From NCBI GenBank assembly GCA_963718665.1, contig OY970359.1, positions 544,001 to 608,000 of the forward strand: a stretch of 64,000 nt of DNA, written 5' to 3'. Position numbers and translations under genes: made by a program. The notes below the pieces were generated by a model. The model had not been told where the DNA came from and did no database searches. It worked only from the letters and a program-made list of their open reading frames with translations. Below, in pieces: positions 39,416 through 50,696 of the stretch. Within the stretch, counting starts at the first letter, position 1; each line of letters begins with the position of its first letter. Source of the DNA: an uncultured Phycisphaerales bacterium (GTDB lineage: Bacteria > Planctomycetota > Phycisphaerae > Sedimentisphaerales > Anaerobacaceae).

Positions 39416-41354
39416 ATGTGCGGCATAGTGGCATATTTGGGTCAAAGGACAGCTCAGCCAATCATTATCGAGGGACTGAAACGCCTCGAATATCGCGGTT
39501 ATGACTCTGCAGGCGTGGCCCTGTTGAGCAACGGCGTTATTAAAATCCAAAAGACAAGCGGCAGGATAGCTGCCCTTGAAGCGATTCTCGATAAGCCCAA
39601 CAAGGGAGAAACTCTCGGCCTTGGGCATACCCGCTGGGCAACTCACGGCGTTCCAAACCAGATAAACGCCCATCCACACAAAGATTACACCGGCAAAATA
39701 GCCGTAGTCCACAACGGAATCATCGAAAACTACTCAACACTGAAGACCTGGCTGCAAAGCGAGGGTGTTACCTTTGTCAGCGACACCGATACCGAGGTGA
39801 TAGCGAACCTGATTGGCTATTTTTACGAAAGGTGCGACACAGGCGACAAACAATCGCCTCTGCCAAAACTTCTTGGCGCAATACAGGATACCGTCAGCAG
39901 TTTTATGCCTTCTCTTACACTGAAGAAACCCGAAGGCCAGAACAGGTTCGAGTGGGCGGTCCAGCGGGCATTGCAGCAAGTGCACGGCACTTACGGGCTT
40001 GGAATACTGTGCGCAGGACTGCCCTGATATGTTCATCGGAGCCAAAAAGGGAAGTCCGCTGATTCTGGGGGTAAGTGAAGGTGAATACATCCTCGCATCG
40101 GACGCAGCGGCGATTGTTGAGCACACGGCGAGAGCAATTTACCTTTCGGACAACGAAATGGTAATTGTTACCGCGGACGGATTCCATACCAAGACAATTG
40201 ATAACATCGCGGTAACCAAATCGCTTGAAAACATCGAATTCTCGCTCGAACAAATCGAGCTTGGCAAGTTCAAACATCACATGCTCAAGGAAATCTTCGA
40301 GCAGCCCACGGCGCTAGCCACCTGTATGGGCGGCAGAATTGACCCGCAAAAAGACAGAATCCACTTAGGCGGCGTCAATGATTACCTGCGGGCGATGACG
40401 CACATAAAACGGATAATTATCACCGCCTGCGGGACGGCGTTCCACGCGGGGCTGGTCGGCGAATTCCTCTTCGAGCAACTGGCGAGAATCACCACCGAGA
40501 CCGAATACGCCAGCGAGTTTCGCTATCGCAATCCAATCGTGGAAGACGGCACAACCGTCATCGCGATAAGCCAGTCGGGCGAGACGGCAGATACACTTGC
40601 CGCCGTAGAACAGGCAAAAGAACGCGGCGCAACGGTTCTCGGTATCGTCAACGTCGTCGGCTCATCGATAGCCCGCGCCACCGACGCAGGGGTATATCTG
40701 CACGTAGGCCCCGAAATAGGCGTGGCAAGCACAAAGGCATTCACTGCCCAGGTCGCCGTGCTGACAATGCTTGCTATCGAGCTTAGCAGAAGAAGACACA
40801 TCAGCAGCGATGAAGCGACAAGATACATCAAAGAGCTGACTAAAATACCGGATAAAATCTCACACATCCTTGAACAGTCGGAAGACATCCGGAAAATTGC
40901 TGAGGCGAACATCAACCAGAACAACTGGCTGTTCCTGGGCCGGGGCGTCAATTATCCCGTCGCGCTGGAAGGCGCATTGAAGCTCAAGGAAATAAGCTAT
41001 ATTCACGCCGAAGGATTGCCCGCTGCGGAGATGAAACACGGCCCCATCGCCTTGATTGTCGATGGTATGCCTGCCGTATTCATCGCCACCAACGGCCCTC
41101 AATACGAGAAAATCATAGGCAATATCTCCGAGGTCCGGGCAAGAAAGGGCAAAACCATTATCGTCGCCACCGAAGGCAACGACCACATCAAACAGTATGC
41201 CGATTACCTGATAACCGTACCCGATGCGCCGGAATTGCTTCAGCCGATACTCACCGTCATACCGCTTCAGTTGCTGGCGTATCACGCGGCCGTCCTCCGT
41301 GGCCACGATGTCGATAAGCCCCGCAACCTGGCAAAGAGCGTTACGGTCGAGTAA
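39416..41354 (+). CDS. glmS: Glutamine-fructose-6-phosphate transaminase, frameshifted at ~40012
   Basis: MCGIV start, GHTRWATHG; second frame has SQSGETADT and [10 protein letters not shown]. Confidence 0.93.
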
Positions 41355-41355
41355 T

Positions 41356-42069
41356 ATGCGAAGAAAGATTCAGACGGGTTTCACCATCATCGAGTTACTC
41401 GTCGTCATTGCGATAATCGCCGCATTAACAGCTATACTCCTGCCCGGGCTGGGAAAAGCCAGGGCAATGGCAAGGCGGGTAAGTTGCGGCTCCAACCTGC
41501 ATCAAATCGATATGGCGATGCACCTGTACCTAAGTGAAAACAAGGACACATACCCCTGTGCTCAGGACCCGCTGGACCCAAATACCCCTACTCTCTGGCT
41601 TTGGATGGGGCGTGGCTGGCGGAGTTTCATCACGCCATATTTCGGCGAAAAAATCGATATCAATAACCCATCTGTCCTAAGGTGTCCCGGCGACCAAACA
41701 CAGGCCAGTACATACGAGGCCACAAGCTACGCATACTCAATGGCTTTTTATCACAGCCCACAGCAGATTAACGATATGAGCAGCCCGACGGACAACTATC
41801 AGAATCCGAAACCTTCAATTTCGCAGGAGGCCGACAGGGTTGCCAAGCCGGCAGGGAAAATTATTGTCGGCGACTGGAACAGCAACCATCAGCGACTCAA
41901 TCCGGGTGAAGACAAGGGTTGGTGGAACGGACTGGGCTGCCGGAACTTTTTGTTCGCCGATGGCCAGGTACAACTGCTGCAAGCCGGGAAAATCCGCAAC
42001 GCCAATGATGAAAATCCTAATCCAAATCTTACAATCGACGGCATCGAAGGCATCGACTGGCCACAATAA
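41356..42069 (+). CDS. Prepilin-type N-terminal cleavage/methylation protein (DUF1559-like)
   Basis: [14 protein letters not shown]...LLP...C.SNL.Q; NFLFADG. Confidence 0.88.
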   Translation: MRRKIQTGFTIIELLVVIAIIAALTAILLPGLGKARAMARRVSCGSNLHQIDMAMHLYLSENKDTYPCAQDPLDPNTPTLWLWMGRGWRSFITPYFGEKIDINNPSVLRCPGDQTQASTYEATSYAYSMAFYHSPQQINDMSSPTDNYQNPKPSISQEADRVAKPAGKIIVGDWNSNHQRLNPGEDKGWWNGLGCRNFLFADGQVQLLQAGKIRNANDENPNPNLTIDGIEGIDWPQ

Positions 42070-42154
42070 TCATTGCGGCTGTGGCACTCCATCTTAAATT
42101 GCCGATATAATAACAAAGAGAATTTTCGTTTCACTTGCTTATGCGAGGTGAAAA

Positions 42155-42619
42155 ATGGGAAAAAACAGATTAGCCACCAGGTTACTCATAATACTGGTTC
42201 TCGCAATCTCGCTTGCCAGCTGCAAAGATGACAAGAAGCAAAAAGCCCTTGTCGAAGAAATTGCCCGTGCAAAAGCCGAAGCCGTCAAGCTCAGGGCGGA
42301 GACGGTGCAGTTGAAAAGCGAAATCAGCTACCTTAACGAAAAACTCGTTACCGCAAACCAAGCAAGAGATAATATGCAGATACAATTAGACCAGATGATT
42401 AAAGACAGCAACTCAGCGGTAACCAATACTGATAACATTCAGCAGGAAAACGACAAACTCCGGAAGCTGCTGGCCGAGCAATTAAAAAAGAACAATGAGC
42501 TGGAAAAACAGGTTGAATACTTAAAGATGGTTATCCGCGAAATCCAGGCAAGAATTGACCCTAATAAAATTGCGGAACATCCGCCAACGCCAATCGAAGA
42601 TACAGCAGCCAGCAAGTAA
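42155..42619 (+). CDS. Coiled-coil lipoprotein
   Basis: Lipobox LASC; heptad pattern. Confidence 0.75.
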   Translation: MGKNRLATRLLIILVLAISLASCKDDKKQKALVEEIARAKAEAVKLRAETVQLKSEISYLNEKLVTANQARDNMQIQLDQMIKDSNSAVTNTDNIQQENDKLRKLLAEQLKKNNELEKQVEYLKMVIREIQARIDPNKIAEHPPTPIEDTAASK

Positions 42620-42627
42620 GCGGTCCT

Positions 42628-43023
42628 TCAATGGACGTTAAGTTTGTTTGTAATGTAGTTGACTATTGAATTGACAGTGAACAAATCACCGAGCTTATTA
42701 ATGTCCGGATTGTTTTGGAACGCCGATAAATCAGTGTGAGGCATCTTGCTTTTCAATTCAGCAAGTCCTTTAGCGGTTAATTTGCCGTGGCTGACCAGTT
42801 CGGGATTGTTCATCAGCGTTTCGACGGGGAAAAGCTCTTCGCGTGGGACTTTTATGCCGAATGCCTTTTCCAGTCGAAAGACAATGTCTAAAAAGTCGAT
42901 ACTTTCCGCCCCGAGGTCGCCCATCAGCGTAGCCGAGCCGGTTACCTCTTCTTCATCGACTCCCAGGGCATTAACCAGCACCTCTCGCACCTGCTCGAAG
43001 ACCTGCTCTTTTGTGGCTGCCAT
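42628..43023 (-). CDS. Acyl carrier protein (long form)
   Basis: DLGAESIDFLDIVFRLE; GGAG RBS before ATG 43023. Confidence 0.88.
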   Translation of the reverse strand: MAATKEQVFEQVREVLVNALGVDEEEVTGSATLMGDLGAESIDFLDIVFRLEKAFGIKVPREELFPVETLMNNPELVSHGKLTAKGLAELKSKMPHTDLSAFQNNPDINKLGDLFTVNSIVNYITNKLNVH

Positions 43024-43349
43024 ATTCTCTTCTCCTTTTAGGCCAAGCCCCGGCAATATCCCCGCTACCGCCTTCAAACCGATGGTTAAATTACTTTAAT
43101 TATCCCGCGGAGGCAATACCTCAACATCTCGAAAACACCTTTACAGAAAACGAAACCTCTACTATAATTCATTTGTTTTAGAGGATAAGCCGAAAACAAC
43201 TTACTGATTCAGGGCTGCGAGAAACAATTTCGCAGCCCTTTTTTTGCGCAAAATTCTGCCCGGCAAAAACGGCAATAACGATATTAACACTTCCGGTTCT
43301 GGGAGTAATTACTTTGCGATTTTATTTGAACCGGCGAGGAAAACCAAAC

Positions 43350-43424
43350 TCGGGGTGACTGGATTCGAACCAGCGGCCTCTTGGTCCCAAACCAAGCGCT
43401 CTATCCAAGCTGAGCTACACCCCG
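43350..43424 (-). tRNA. tRNA-Pro(UGG)
   Basis: CGGGGTGTAGCTCAGCTTGG...TTTGGGA...GTTCGAATCCAGTCACCCCGA. Confidence 0.95.
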
Positions 43425-43648
43425 CATAACGGCCAAACTGAACCGTAAAGGCGTATTCTACACGCAGCCACAGGATATTGCAACAAAAACGACACTTAAG
43501 GAGAACAGAAGACGGATGACAGAAAACAGAAAACTGAGGAAAATCATCATTGCCAAACACATCGGCAGTTGCTATAATTTCTCGTTTCAAAGGCAGTATG
43601 AGCGTGTAGGTGTTAATAGCAGCGTTTTTTCGCAAAGGAGTATGTTAG

Positions 43649-43915
43649 ATGTCAAGAGAATGTCATTATACGGGCAAAAGAGTATCGTTCGGCAATAAGA
43701 TTGCTCGTAGAGGTAAGGCCAAGTACTTAGGCGGCGTCGGTCGCAAGATTACCGGTATCACCAGAAGAAAGTTCAAGCCGAATATCCAGAAGGTTCACGC
43801 GATTGTCGATGGCAAGATAACCCGGATAAGGGTATCAACCAAGGCGATAAAGATGGGGCTTGTTCAAAAACGGCTAAAACGCAACTACAAACCCGCCGAG
43901 AAGAAGGCCAGTTAA
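43649..43915 (+). CDS. rpmB: 50S ribosomal protein L28
   Basis: MSRECHYTGK...GN...TRRKFKPNIQ. Confidence 0.93.
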   Translation: MSRECHYTGKRVSFGNKIARRGKAKYLGGVGRKITGITRRKFKPNIQKVHAIVDGKITRIRVSTKAIKMGLVQKRLKRNYKPAEKKAS

Positions 43916-43990
43916 CGGAAGTGGTTTGGTCGAAGAAGCTTCCTGAGCGAGGCGGGCTGCGCCTCGCTCTTTTTATTTAGTTTGGGCGGT

Positions 43991-44290
43991 ATGGACAAAA
44001 AGATAGACAAATCGCAGGTGAAAAAGGTCGCCAAATTAGGCCGGCTGGATTTGAGCGAAGCGGAGATAGAGGAGTTCGCCGGGCAACTGAGCACCATTAT
44101 CGATTATGTTGAGAGAATGAATAAGCTGAACACCGAAGGCGTCGAGCCGATGGCACACTGCCTGCCGGTAAATAACGTCTTCCGCGACGACATCGTAAAA
44201 AAATCCATGGGAACAGAAAAAACACTGGCAAACGCACCGGAGCAGGATGGCGCATTTTTCAAGGTGCCCAAAATTCTTGAAGAACCGTAA
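43991..44290 (+). CDS. gatC: Asp/Glu-tRNA amidotransferase subunit C
   Basis: VKKVAKLGRL...NAPEQDGAFFKVPKI. Confidence 0.93.
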   Translation: MDKKIDKSQVKKVAKLGRLDLSEAEIEEFAGQLSTIIDYVERMNKLNTEGVEPMAHCLPVNNVFRDDIVKKSMGTEKTLANAPEQDGAFFKVPKILEEP

Positions 44291-44341
44291 CCATTTATGA
44301 TTTCTGATTTATTATTTATGATTGGGAAATAAGAATATAAT

Positions 44342-45103
44342 ATGAAAATGGAAAGGTTTTGGAGAATTCTCGTTTCCTTTTTAGTCATAGTTTGTGTTGG
44401 ATATGAAACGACGATTGGGGCAAACAAGGGAAAAGCAGGAGAGCAGAGCAATCAGATGTTAAATGAAAAAATTGCGAAAGTCATTGACTGCAATTATTTA
44501 CTGTATTTGCCAGTTGACTACGGCAAGGACGACAAGAAATGGCCTTTGATACTGTTCCTGCACGGCAAGGGAGAAAGAGGAAACAATATCGAGGTCATCA
44601 AAAAACAAGGCCCGCCCAAGATGATTGCGCAGGGCAAAAGCTTTGATTTTATTGTCGTCTCGCCCCAGTGCCCCAACGATCTCTGGTGGCCCGAGCAGAC
44701 CGATGTCCTGATAACTTTGCTCGATGAAATTGAGGCAAAATACCGGGTCGATACCGACAGGGTTTACCTGACAGGTCTGAGTATGGGCGGATTCGGAACG
44801 TGGACACTGGCAATCGAATATCCGAATCGGTTCGCGGCCATAGCGCCGATATGCGGCGGCAGTGAACAATATCTCGGGTATCGGCTTAAAAAAGTGCCCG
44901 TATGGGCATTTCACGGAGCAAAAGACAATGTTGTGCCGCTGATAAGGTCGCAGGAAATGGTCAATGCAGTCAAGAAGACGGGCGGAGACGCAAAGCTGAC
45001 GGTTTATCCTGAGGCCGAACACGACTCGTGGACGGAAACCTATAATAATCCGGAACTTTACCAATGGTTTTTGTCACACAAGATAAGCGACAGGACAAAG
45101 TAA
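44342..45103 (+). CDS. Secreted alpha/beta hydrolase (esterase/peptidase-like)
   Basis: FLHGKGE, GLSMGG, FHGAKD, HDSW. Confidence 0.85.
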   Translation: MKMERFWRILVSFLVIVCVGYETTIGANKGKAGEQSNQMLNEKIAKVIDCNYLLYLPVDYGKDDKKWPLILFLHGKGERGNNIEVIKKQGPPKMIAQGKSFDFIVVSPQCPNDLWWPEQTDVLITLLDEIEAKYRVDTDRVYLTGLSMGGFGTWTLAIEYPNRFAAIAPICGGSEQYLGYRLKKVPVWAFHGAKDNVVPLIRSQEMVNAVKKTGGDAKLTVYPEAEHDSWTETYNNPELYQWFLSHKISDRTK

Positions 45104-45113
45104 CGGATTCGCA

Positions 45114-46574
45114 ATGGATTGGCAAAGCGCAAAACAATTACGGGATAAGATTGCAGCCCGCCGGACCAGCAGTGTCGAGGTGACAAAGGCGGTCTTTGCG
45201 CGTATAGCGAAGATAGAGCCAACTATTGGTGCGTTTATCAGCACCTTCGAAGAGCAGGCGATTGCCCGCGCAGCCGAGATTGACAGGCATATCACCGCAG
45301 GGGAAAAAGTCGGGCAATTAGCCGGCGTGCCGGTAGCGGTAAAGGATAATATGTGCACGACGTTTGGAACGACGACGTGCGCATCAAAGATATTAGCCAA
45401 TTTCCACGCACCATATAATGCCACAGTAGTTGAAAAACTGCTGGCGGCAGATGCCGTGATAATCGGTAAAACAAATCTCGACGAATTCGCGATGGGTTCG
45501 AGCACCGAAAATTCGGGGCTAAAACAAACCGTAAACCCATGGGACACAAAGCGTGTTCCGGGTGGAAGCTCCGGCGGGTCAACAGCGGCTGTCGCAGCAG
45601 GCCTTTGTTATGCTGCGCTCGGTTCGGATACGGGCGGCTCGATAAGACAGCCCGCGAGCTTGTGCGGCGTTGTTGGATTGAAACCAACATACGGGCGAGT
45701 ATCGCGCTACGGCCTCGTCGCTTATGGTTCGAGTTTAGACCAGATTGGTCCAATTACACAAACGGTTGAAGATTGCGCCTTGACGCTGAATGTTATCGCA
45801 GGCCACGACCCGGCGGACAGCACCAGCGTCGATGAAAAAACCTCGCCGGTTACTGATTACCTCGCGAAATTGGATGAGCCGGTGAAAAGTTTAAAAATTG
45901 GTATCGCATCGAGTTTTAATGCCGGAGCCGATGAGCAGGTGCGAAAGGCAATCGACGAGGCGATACAAACCTATAAAAAACTCGGTGCGGCTATAATGGA
46001 AATTGATATGCCCCACCTTGATTACGCGATAGCGGCCTACTATATGGTCGCAACCGCTGAGGCGTCGAGCAACCTGGCGAGATACGACGGCGTGCATTAC
46101 GGGCACAGGACACAAAACCCGAATGACTACATCGAGGTTTATACAAAATCACGTGCCGAGGGTTTCGGCAAAGAAGTCAAACGCCGGATAATGTTAGGCA
46201 CATACGCGCTATCGAGCGGCTACTACGACGCTTACTATTTGAAAGCCCTGAAGGTGCGAAACCTTATACGCGGTGATTTCGTGCGGGCATTTGAAAAATG
46301 CGACTGCATTATGATGCCCGTCGCCCCCACTACCGCTTTCAAAATAGGCGAAAAGGTCGATGACCCGCTGAAGATGTACCTGTCGGACATTTACACTATC
46401 GCGGCGAATTTAGCGGGCATACCAGGCATAAGCATCCCCTGCGGCTTTGACGACAAGCAATTGCCCATCGGCCTGCAAATTTTATCGCCTGCGTTCAGCG
46501 AGGAAAAACTGTTGCGAATAGCGCAGATGTATGAAAAGCAAACTGACTGGCACAAGAAGAGGCCATTGATTTGA
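45114..46574 (+). CDS. gatA: Amidotransferase subunit A
   Basis: VAVKDN, GGSSGGS, GSDTGGSIRQP. Confidence 0.96.
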   Translation: MDWQSAKQLRDKIAARRTSSVEVTKAVFARIAKIEPTIGAFISTFEEQAIARAAEIDRHITAGEKVGQLAGVPVAVKDNMCTTFGTTTCASKILANFHAPYNATVVEKLLAADAVIIGKTNLDEFAMGSSTENSGLKQTVNPWDTKRVPGGSSGGSTAAVAAGLCYAALGSDTGGSIRQPASLCGVVGLKPTYGRVSRYGLVAYGSSLDQIGPITQTVEDCALTLNVIAGHDPADSTSVDEKTSPVTDYLAKLDEPVKSLKIGIASSFNAGADEQVRKAIDEAIQTYKKLGAAIMEIDMPHLDYAIAAYYMVATAEASSNLARYDGVHYGHRTQNPNDYIEVYTKSRAEGFGKEVKRRIMLGTYALSSGYYDAYYLKALKVRNLIRGDFVRAFEKCDCIMMPVAPTTAFKIGEKVDDPLKMYLSDIYTIAANLAGIPGISIPCGFDDKQLPIGLQILSPAFSEEKLLRIAQMYEKQTDWHKKRPLI

Positions 46575-48034
46575 GTAATGTAGATTACAAAGTTTTGGTG
46601 GGCTTGGAAATTCACGTGCAGCTTTACACGCGGACGAAGATGTTCTGCGGCTGCGAGCTCGCTTTCGGCGCAGAGCCAAACAGCAGGGTTTGCCCCGTCT
46701 GCCTCGGTATGCCCGGGTCGCTGCCCGTTATGAACAAACAGGCGGTGGAATTTTCGATGCTGGCTGGGCTTGCGCTTAATTGTCAGATTCCGTCTTTCAC
46801 CAAGTGGGACCGCAAAAGCTACTATTACCCGGATTTGCCGAAAAATTACCAGATAAGCCAGTATGATTTGCCGCTGGCCGTAAACGGGCATATCGAGATA
46901 CCGACACAGGATGGCTCGCTGAAAAAAATCAGAATCCGGCGGGCACATTTAGAGGAGGACGCGGGCAAAAATCTACATACGGCAGGAAACTTCTCGCAGG
47001 TGGATTTAAATCGCGCGGGCACCCCCTTGCTGGAGATTGTTACCGAGCCGGATATGAACACCGCAGCCGAAGTGCGGGGATTAGCCGAAGAATTGCAGCG
47101 GATTGTCAGATACCTTGGTGTATCGGAAGCGGATATGCAAAAAGGGCATATGCGTTTCGAGCCGAATGTGAATCTCGTAATCAATCGTGCAGGCCAGCAA
47201 TTCAAAACGCCGATTGTCGAAGTGAAGAACCTCAATAGCTTCATGGCGCTGAAGAAGAGTATCGAATACGAAATCGAAAGACAGAAGGATCGGTTCCTCG
47301 AAACCGGCGAAACAATGGAGATGGGCAACAAAAGCACACGCGGCTGGGACGACGTAAAAGAAGTTACCGTTCTGCAAAGAGAAAAAGAAGAGGCACACGA
47401 TTATCGTTATTTCCCCGACCCGGATTTGGTGCCTGTGCGGGTCAACGAGCAATGGCTTAACGAAATCAAATCCCGGCTGTGCGAGCTGCCGCTTTCAAGA
47501 CGGATTCGATATACGAAGAAATACAGTTTGAACGATTACGATGCAGGCGTGCTGACTAACGACCGCCCAGTCGCTGATTTCTTCGAGGAAGCCGTCAAGG
47601 CGGGCGGCGAACCGAAACGCGTTTGCAATCTCCTGACACAGGTAGGATTAAAATTGGCAAATGCCCGCGGATGCGCAATCACAGAACTTGGCCCGAAGGC
47701 TGCCGATATTGCCCGGCTTGCCCAAATGACGCAAACAGGCGAAATCAGCGCAACAGCCGCAAATACCATTTTGGAGGAAATGGTAAAAACAGGTAAAACC
47801 CCGCGAGAACTTGCTGAACAACTGAACCTGATTCAAAAAAGCGATGCGGGCGAACTTGAGGCAATCGTTGACGAGGTGCTCAAGAGCAATCCACAGGCAG
47901 CCGCGGATTTCAAAGAAGGCGGCAAAAAAAGCGGCAAGGCAAAGGGCTTCCTGCTTGGCCAGGTAATGCAAAAAACAAAAGGCCGGGCAAACCCCAAAGT
48001 GGCTTCTGAAATTCTTGATAAAAAGCTCGCCTGA
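46571..48034 (+). CDS. gatB: Amidotransferase subunit B
   Basis: GLEIHVQL, YPDLPKNYQISQ, YRYFPDPDL. Confidence 0.96.
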   Translation: MSNVDYKVLVGLEIHVQLYTRTKMFCGCELAFGAEPNSRVCPVCLGMPGSLPVMNKQAVEFSMLAGLALNCQIPSFTKWDRKSYYYPDLPKNYQISQYDLPLAVNGHIEIPTQDGSLKKIRIRRAHLEEDAGKNLHTAGNFSQVDLNRAGTPLLEIVTEPDMNTAAEVRGLAEELQRIVRYLGVSEADMQKGHMRFEPNVNLVINRAGQQFKTPIVEVKNLNSFMALKKSIEYEIERQKDRFLETGETMEMGNKSTRGWDDVKEVTVLQREKEEAHDYRYFPDPDLVPVRVNEQWLNEIKSRLCELPLSRRIRYTKKYSLNDYDAGVLTNDRPVADFFEEAVKAGGEPKRVCNLLTQVGLKLANARGCAITELGPKAADIARLAQMTQTGEISATAANTILEEMVKTGKTPRELAEQLNLIQKSDAGELEAIVDEVLKSNPQAAADFKEGGKKSGKAKGFLLGQVMQKTKGRANPKVASEILDKKLA

Positions 48035-48159
48035 GTTCTATTTTCCGCCAACAAACAGATAATTCATGGGAAGCGTCATATTTTTTCCACATTTATCGGG
48101 ATTTCGCTGGACATCCTCTTTCTTGGGGCTAAAATCCTATAAGATATAGGGAGAATAGT

Positions 48160-50040
48160 ATGCCCAGGTCAGGAAAAAACAACGAGCGTATAGAACAGAC
48201 ACCCCGTGGCAATAGAAAACTGACCAAAGTCGAACCGCTTCGCCCGCAGGCCGAAAATCTCGATAAACACTATAACGATTTGGCGAAGTTTCCCTCGGAA
48301 AATCCTTACCCGGTTATGCGTATCCACAAAAATGAGACGATTCTTTACGCCAACAAGGCAAGCGAGCCGCTTTTGAAGGCCAAAGATAGCGCCGTTGGTA
48401 AGCCAGCGCCATTGGAATGGCATCGGCTGACGCAGGAAATTCTTGCGTCTGGCCGCATTGGAGAACAGGAGACGGAGCACAACGGACAAATATTTGGCTT
48501 CAGAGCGGTACCCATTGCCAGCAGTAATTATGTAAATTTTTATGGCGTGGACATCACCGAACAGAAGAAAGCAGAGGAATCGCTAAAGGAGAGCGAAACA
48601 AGATTCAGAGAGCTGTTTAACAATATGAGCAGCGGGGTGGCAGTTTACGAGGCGGTAGAAGACGGCTCAGATTTCATCATCAGGGATTTCAACACGGCCG
48701 GGCAAAGAATGGAGAAAACCAGCAAAGAAGACGCTGTTGGAAAACGAGTCACACAAGTGTTTCCCGGTGTTAAGGAAATGGGCCTGTTGGATGTCTTCCG
48801 GCGAGTATGGCAAACCGGAAGGGCCGAGCAGCACCCAACAAACCTTTACAAAGACGGTAGAATTTCGGGATGGCGAGAAAATAATGTATATAAACTACCG
48901 AGCGGCGAAATAGTAGCGATTTATGACGACGTGACCGAGCAGCAAGTAGCACTGGAACAGTTGCAGGAAGAACGGAATCTTCTGCGGACGCTTATTGACC
49001 ACATACCCAGCGGTATTTATGTCAAAGATAAGGACGGTCGATTCCTTGCCTGCAATAAATCTCTGGCTGAATTATGGAACGTAAGAGACAAGGATGATAT
49101 TATAGGCAAAACGGATTTCGACCTTTTTGAGCCGGCAAGGGCACAGCACTATTTTGACGAAGAACAGAAAGTGATACAAACCGGCCAACCTATTATTAAC
49201 CAGGAATTGCAGTGCACAGATAAAACAGGCAATGACAATTTCCTTCTGGTAGCCAAAGTTCCATTGCGGGATAGCGCCGGCAATATCACAGGGCTTGTAG
49301 GGATTCATCGGGATATCACAGAACGCAAACAGGCAGAGCAAAATCTCCTTGAGCATCAGAACCATCTTAAACAACTGGCGGCACAATTAACGATGGCCGA
49401 GGAAGGGGAACGCAGACGCATAGCAGGCGAAATTCACGATGAGATAAGTCAGACGCTTGCTATGGCAAAAATCAAGCTTGACGCTCTTCGAAGCTCACCA
49501 CACTCCGAAGGAGCACCCGCTGAGATTAAACAGATAAGCTCTTACATAGAAAAAGTGATTCAGGAAACCAGGACATTGACTTTTGAACTCAGTAATCCCA
49601 TTCTTTACGAATTGGGTTTTGAGGCCGCTGCCGCCGAATGGCTGAATGAACAGGTTCAGGTAAAACACGGTATCGCCACCGAGTTTCTTGACGACGGCAA
49701 AGCCAAATCCTTAGACAACGATGTTAAGGTGGTGCTTTTCAGGAACGTCCGTGAACTGCTCACCAATTGTATTAAACACGCCAAAGCGGAAAAAATCAGG
49801 GTCAATATCCGCAGAATCGATAATTCGACAGAGGTTATCGTCGAAGACAACGGCGTCGGTTTCGACCCGGTACAAGTCAGGGCAACGGCATTCAAAAAGG
49901 CAAAATTCGGATTGTTCAGCGTCCGCGAGAGTCTGGAAAATATTGGCGGAAGTTTTGAAATAGAATCAAAACCCGGTGCCGGCTGCAAGGCCACAATGGT
50001 TGTGCCGATGAAAAACACACAAACAAATAAGGAGATGTAA
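48160..50040 (+). CDS. Cytoplasmic multi-PAS histidine kinase (NarX/HisKA_3 type)
   Basis: PAS/PAC repeats; ERRRIAGEIHDEISQ; DNGVGF. Confidence 0.92.
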   Translation: MPRSGKNNERIEQTPRGNRKLTKVEPLRPQAENLDKHYNDLAKFPSENPYPVMRIHKNETILYANKASEPLLKAKDSAVGKPAPLEWHRLTQEILASGRIGEQETEHNGQIFGFRAVPIASSNYVNFYGVDITEQKKAEESLKESETRFRELFNNMSSGVAVYEAVEDGSDFIIRDFNTAGQRMEKTSKEDAVGKRVTQVFPGVKEMGLLDVFRRVWQTGRAEQHPTNLYKDGRISGWRENNVYKLPSGEIVAIYDDVTEQQVALEQLQEERNLLRTLIDHIPSGIYVKDKDGRFLACNKSLAELWNVRDKDDIIGKTDFDLFEPARAQHYFDEEQKVIQTGQPIINQELQCTDKTGNDNFLLVAKVPLRDSAGNITGLVGIHRDITERKQAEQNLLEHQNHLKQLAAQLTMAEEGERRRIAGEIHDEISQTLAMAKIKLDALRSSPHSEGAPAEIKQISSYIEKVIQETRTLTFELSNPILYELGFEAAAAEWLNEQVQVKHGIATEFLDDGKAKSLDNDVKVVLFRNVRELLTNCIKHAKAEKIRVNIRRIDNSTEVIVEDNGVGFDPVQVRATAFKKAKFGLFSVRESLENIGGSFEIESKPGAGCKATMVVPMKNTQTNKEM

Positions 50041-50042
50041 CC

Positions 50043-50696
50043 ATGCCCACGAGAATTTTATTAGTTGATGACCACGCAATTATTCGCCAGGGTTTGAGCT
50101 CGCTTCTGGAAAAACAGCCGGACATCGAAGTGGTCGGAGGTGTCGAGGACGGACGACAGGCGGTGGATACCGTTCGTCAGCTTGCGCCGGACCTTGTGAT
50201 TATGGATATCAGTATGCCTAATCTCAACGGTATCGACGCCGCGCGCAAGATAGCTGAGGAAATCAGCGGCGTGAAGATTATCGCGCTATCCATCCACTCC
50301 AGCCGGCGGTTCGTTGCCGAAATGCTCAAGGCGGGAGCTTCGGGCTATATACTGAAGGATTGCCTTTTTGACGAACTAATGGAGGCAATAAAAACCGTCC
50401 TTGGTGGCGGAATTTATCTAAGCCCCAAGATAACCGGCGTCGTGATAGACGACTATGTCCAGCGTCTCTCGCAACAAGGGCAGCCCGACGGACCGACTCT
50501 GAGCGACCGTGAGCGGGAAGTGCTGCAGCTTTTGGCCGAAGGCAAAAGCACCAAACAAATCGCTCTCCAAATCCACGTCAGCGCCAAAACCATTGAGTCG
50601 AATCGGCGTAATATAATGGACAAGCTCAAAATCAACAGTGTCGCGGAACTAACCAAGTATGCTGTCCGCGAGGGAATAACACCTCTGGAGCAGTAA
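50043..50696 (+). CDS. NarL/LuxR-family response regulator
   Basis: Receiver domain plus LSDREREVLQLLAEG HTH. Confidence 0.95.
   Translation: MPTRILLVDDHAIIRQGLSSLLEKQPDIEVVGGVEDGRQAVDTVRQLAPDLVIMDISMPNLNGIDAARKIAEEISGVKIIALSIHSSRRFVAEMLKAGASGYILKDCLFDELMEAIKTVLGGGIYLSPKITGVVIDDYVQRLSQQGQPDGPTLSDREREVLQLLAEGKSTKQIALQIHVSAKTIESNRRNIMDKLKINSVAELTKYAVREGITPLEQ

Noticed and set aside
41356..42069. Missing His of the H-X9-DG motif in the DUF1559-like protein
   Set aside because: The motif is variable in this large paralogous family; not informative alone.
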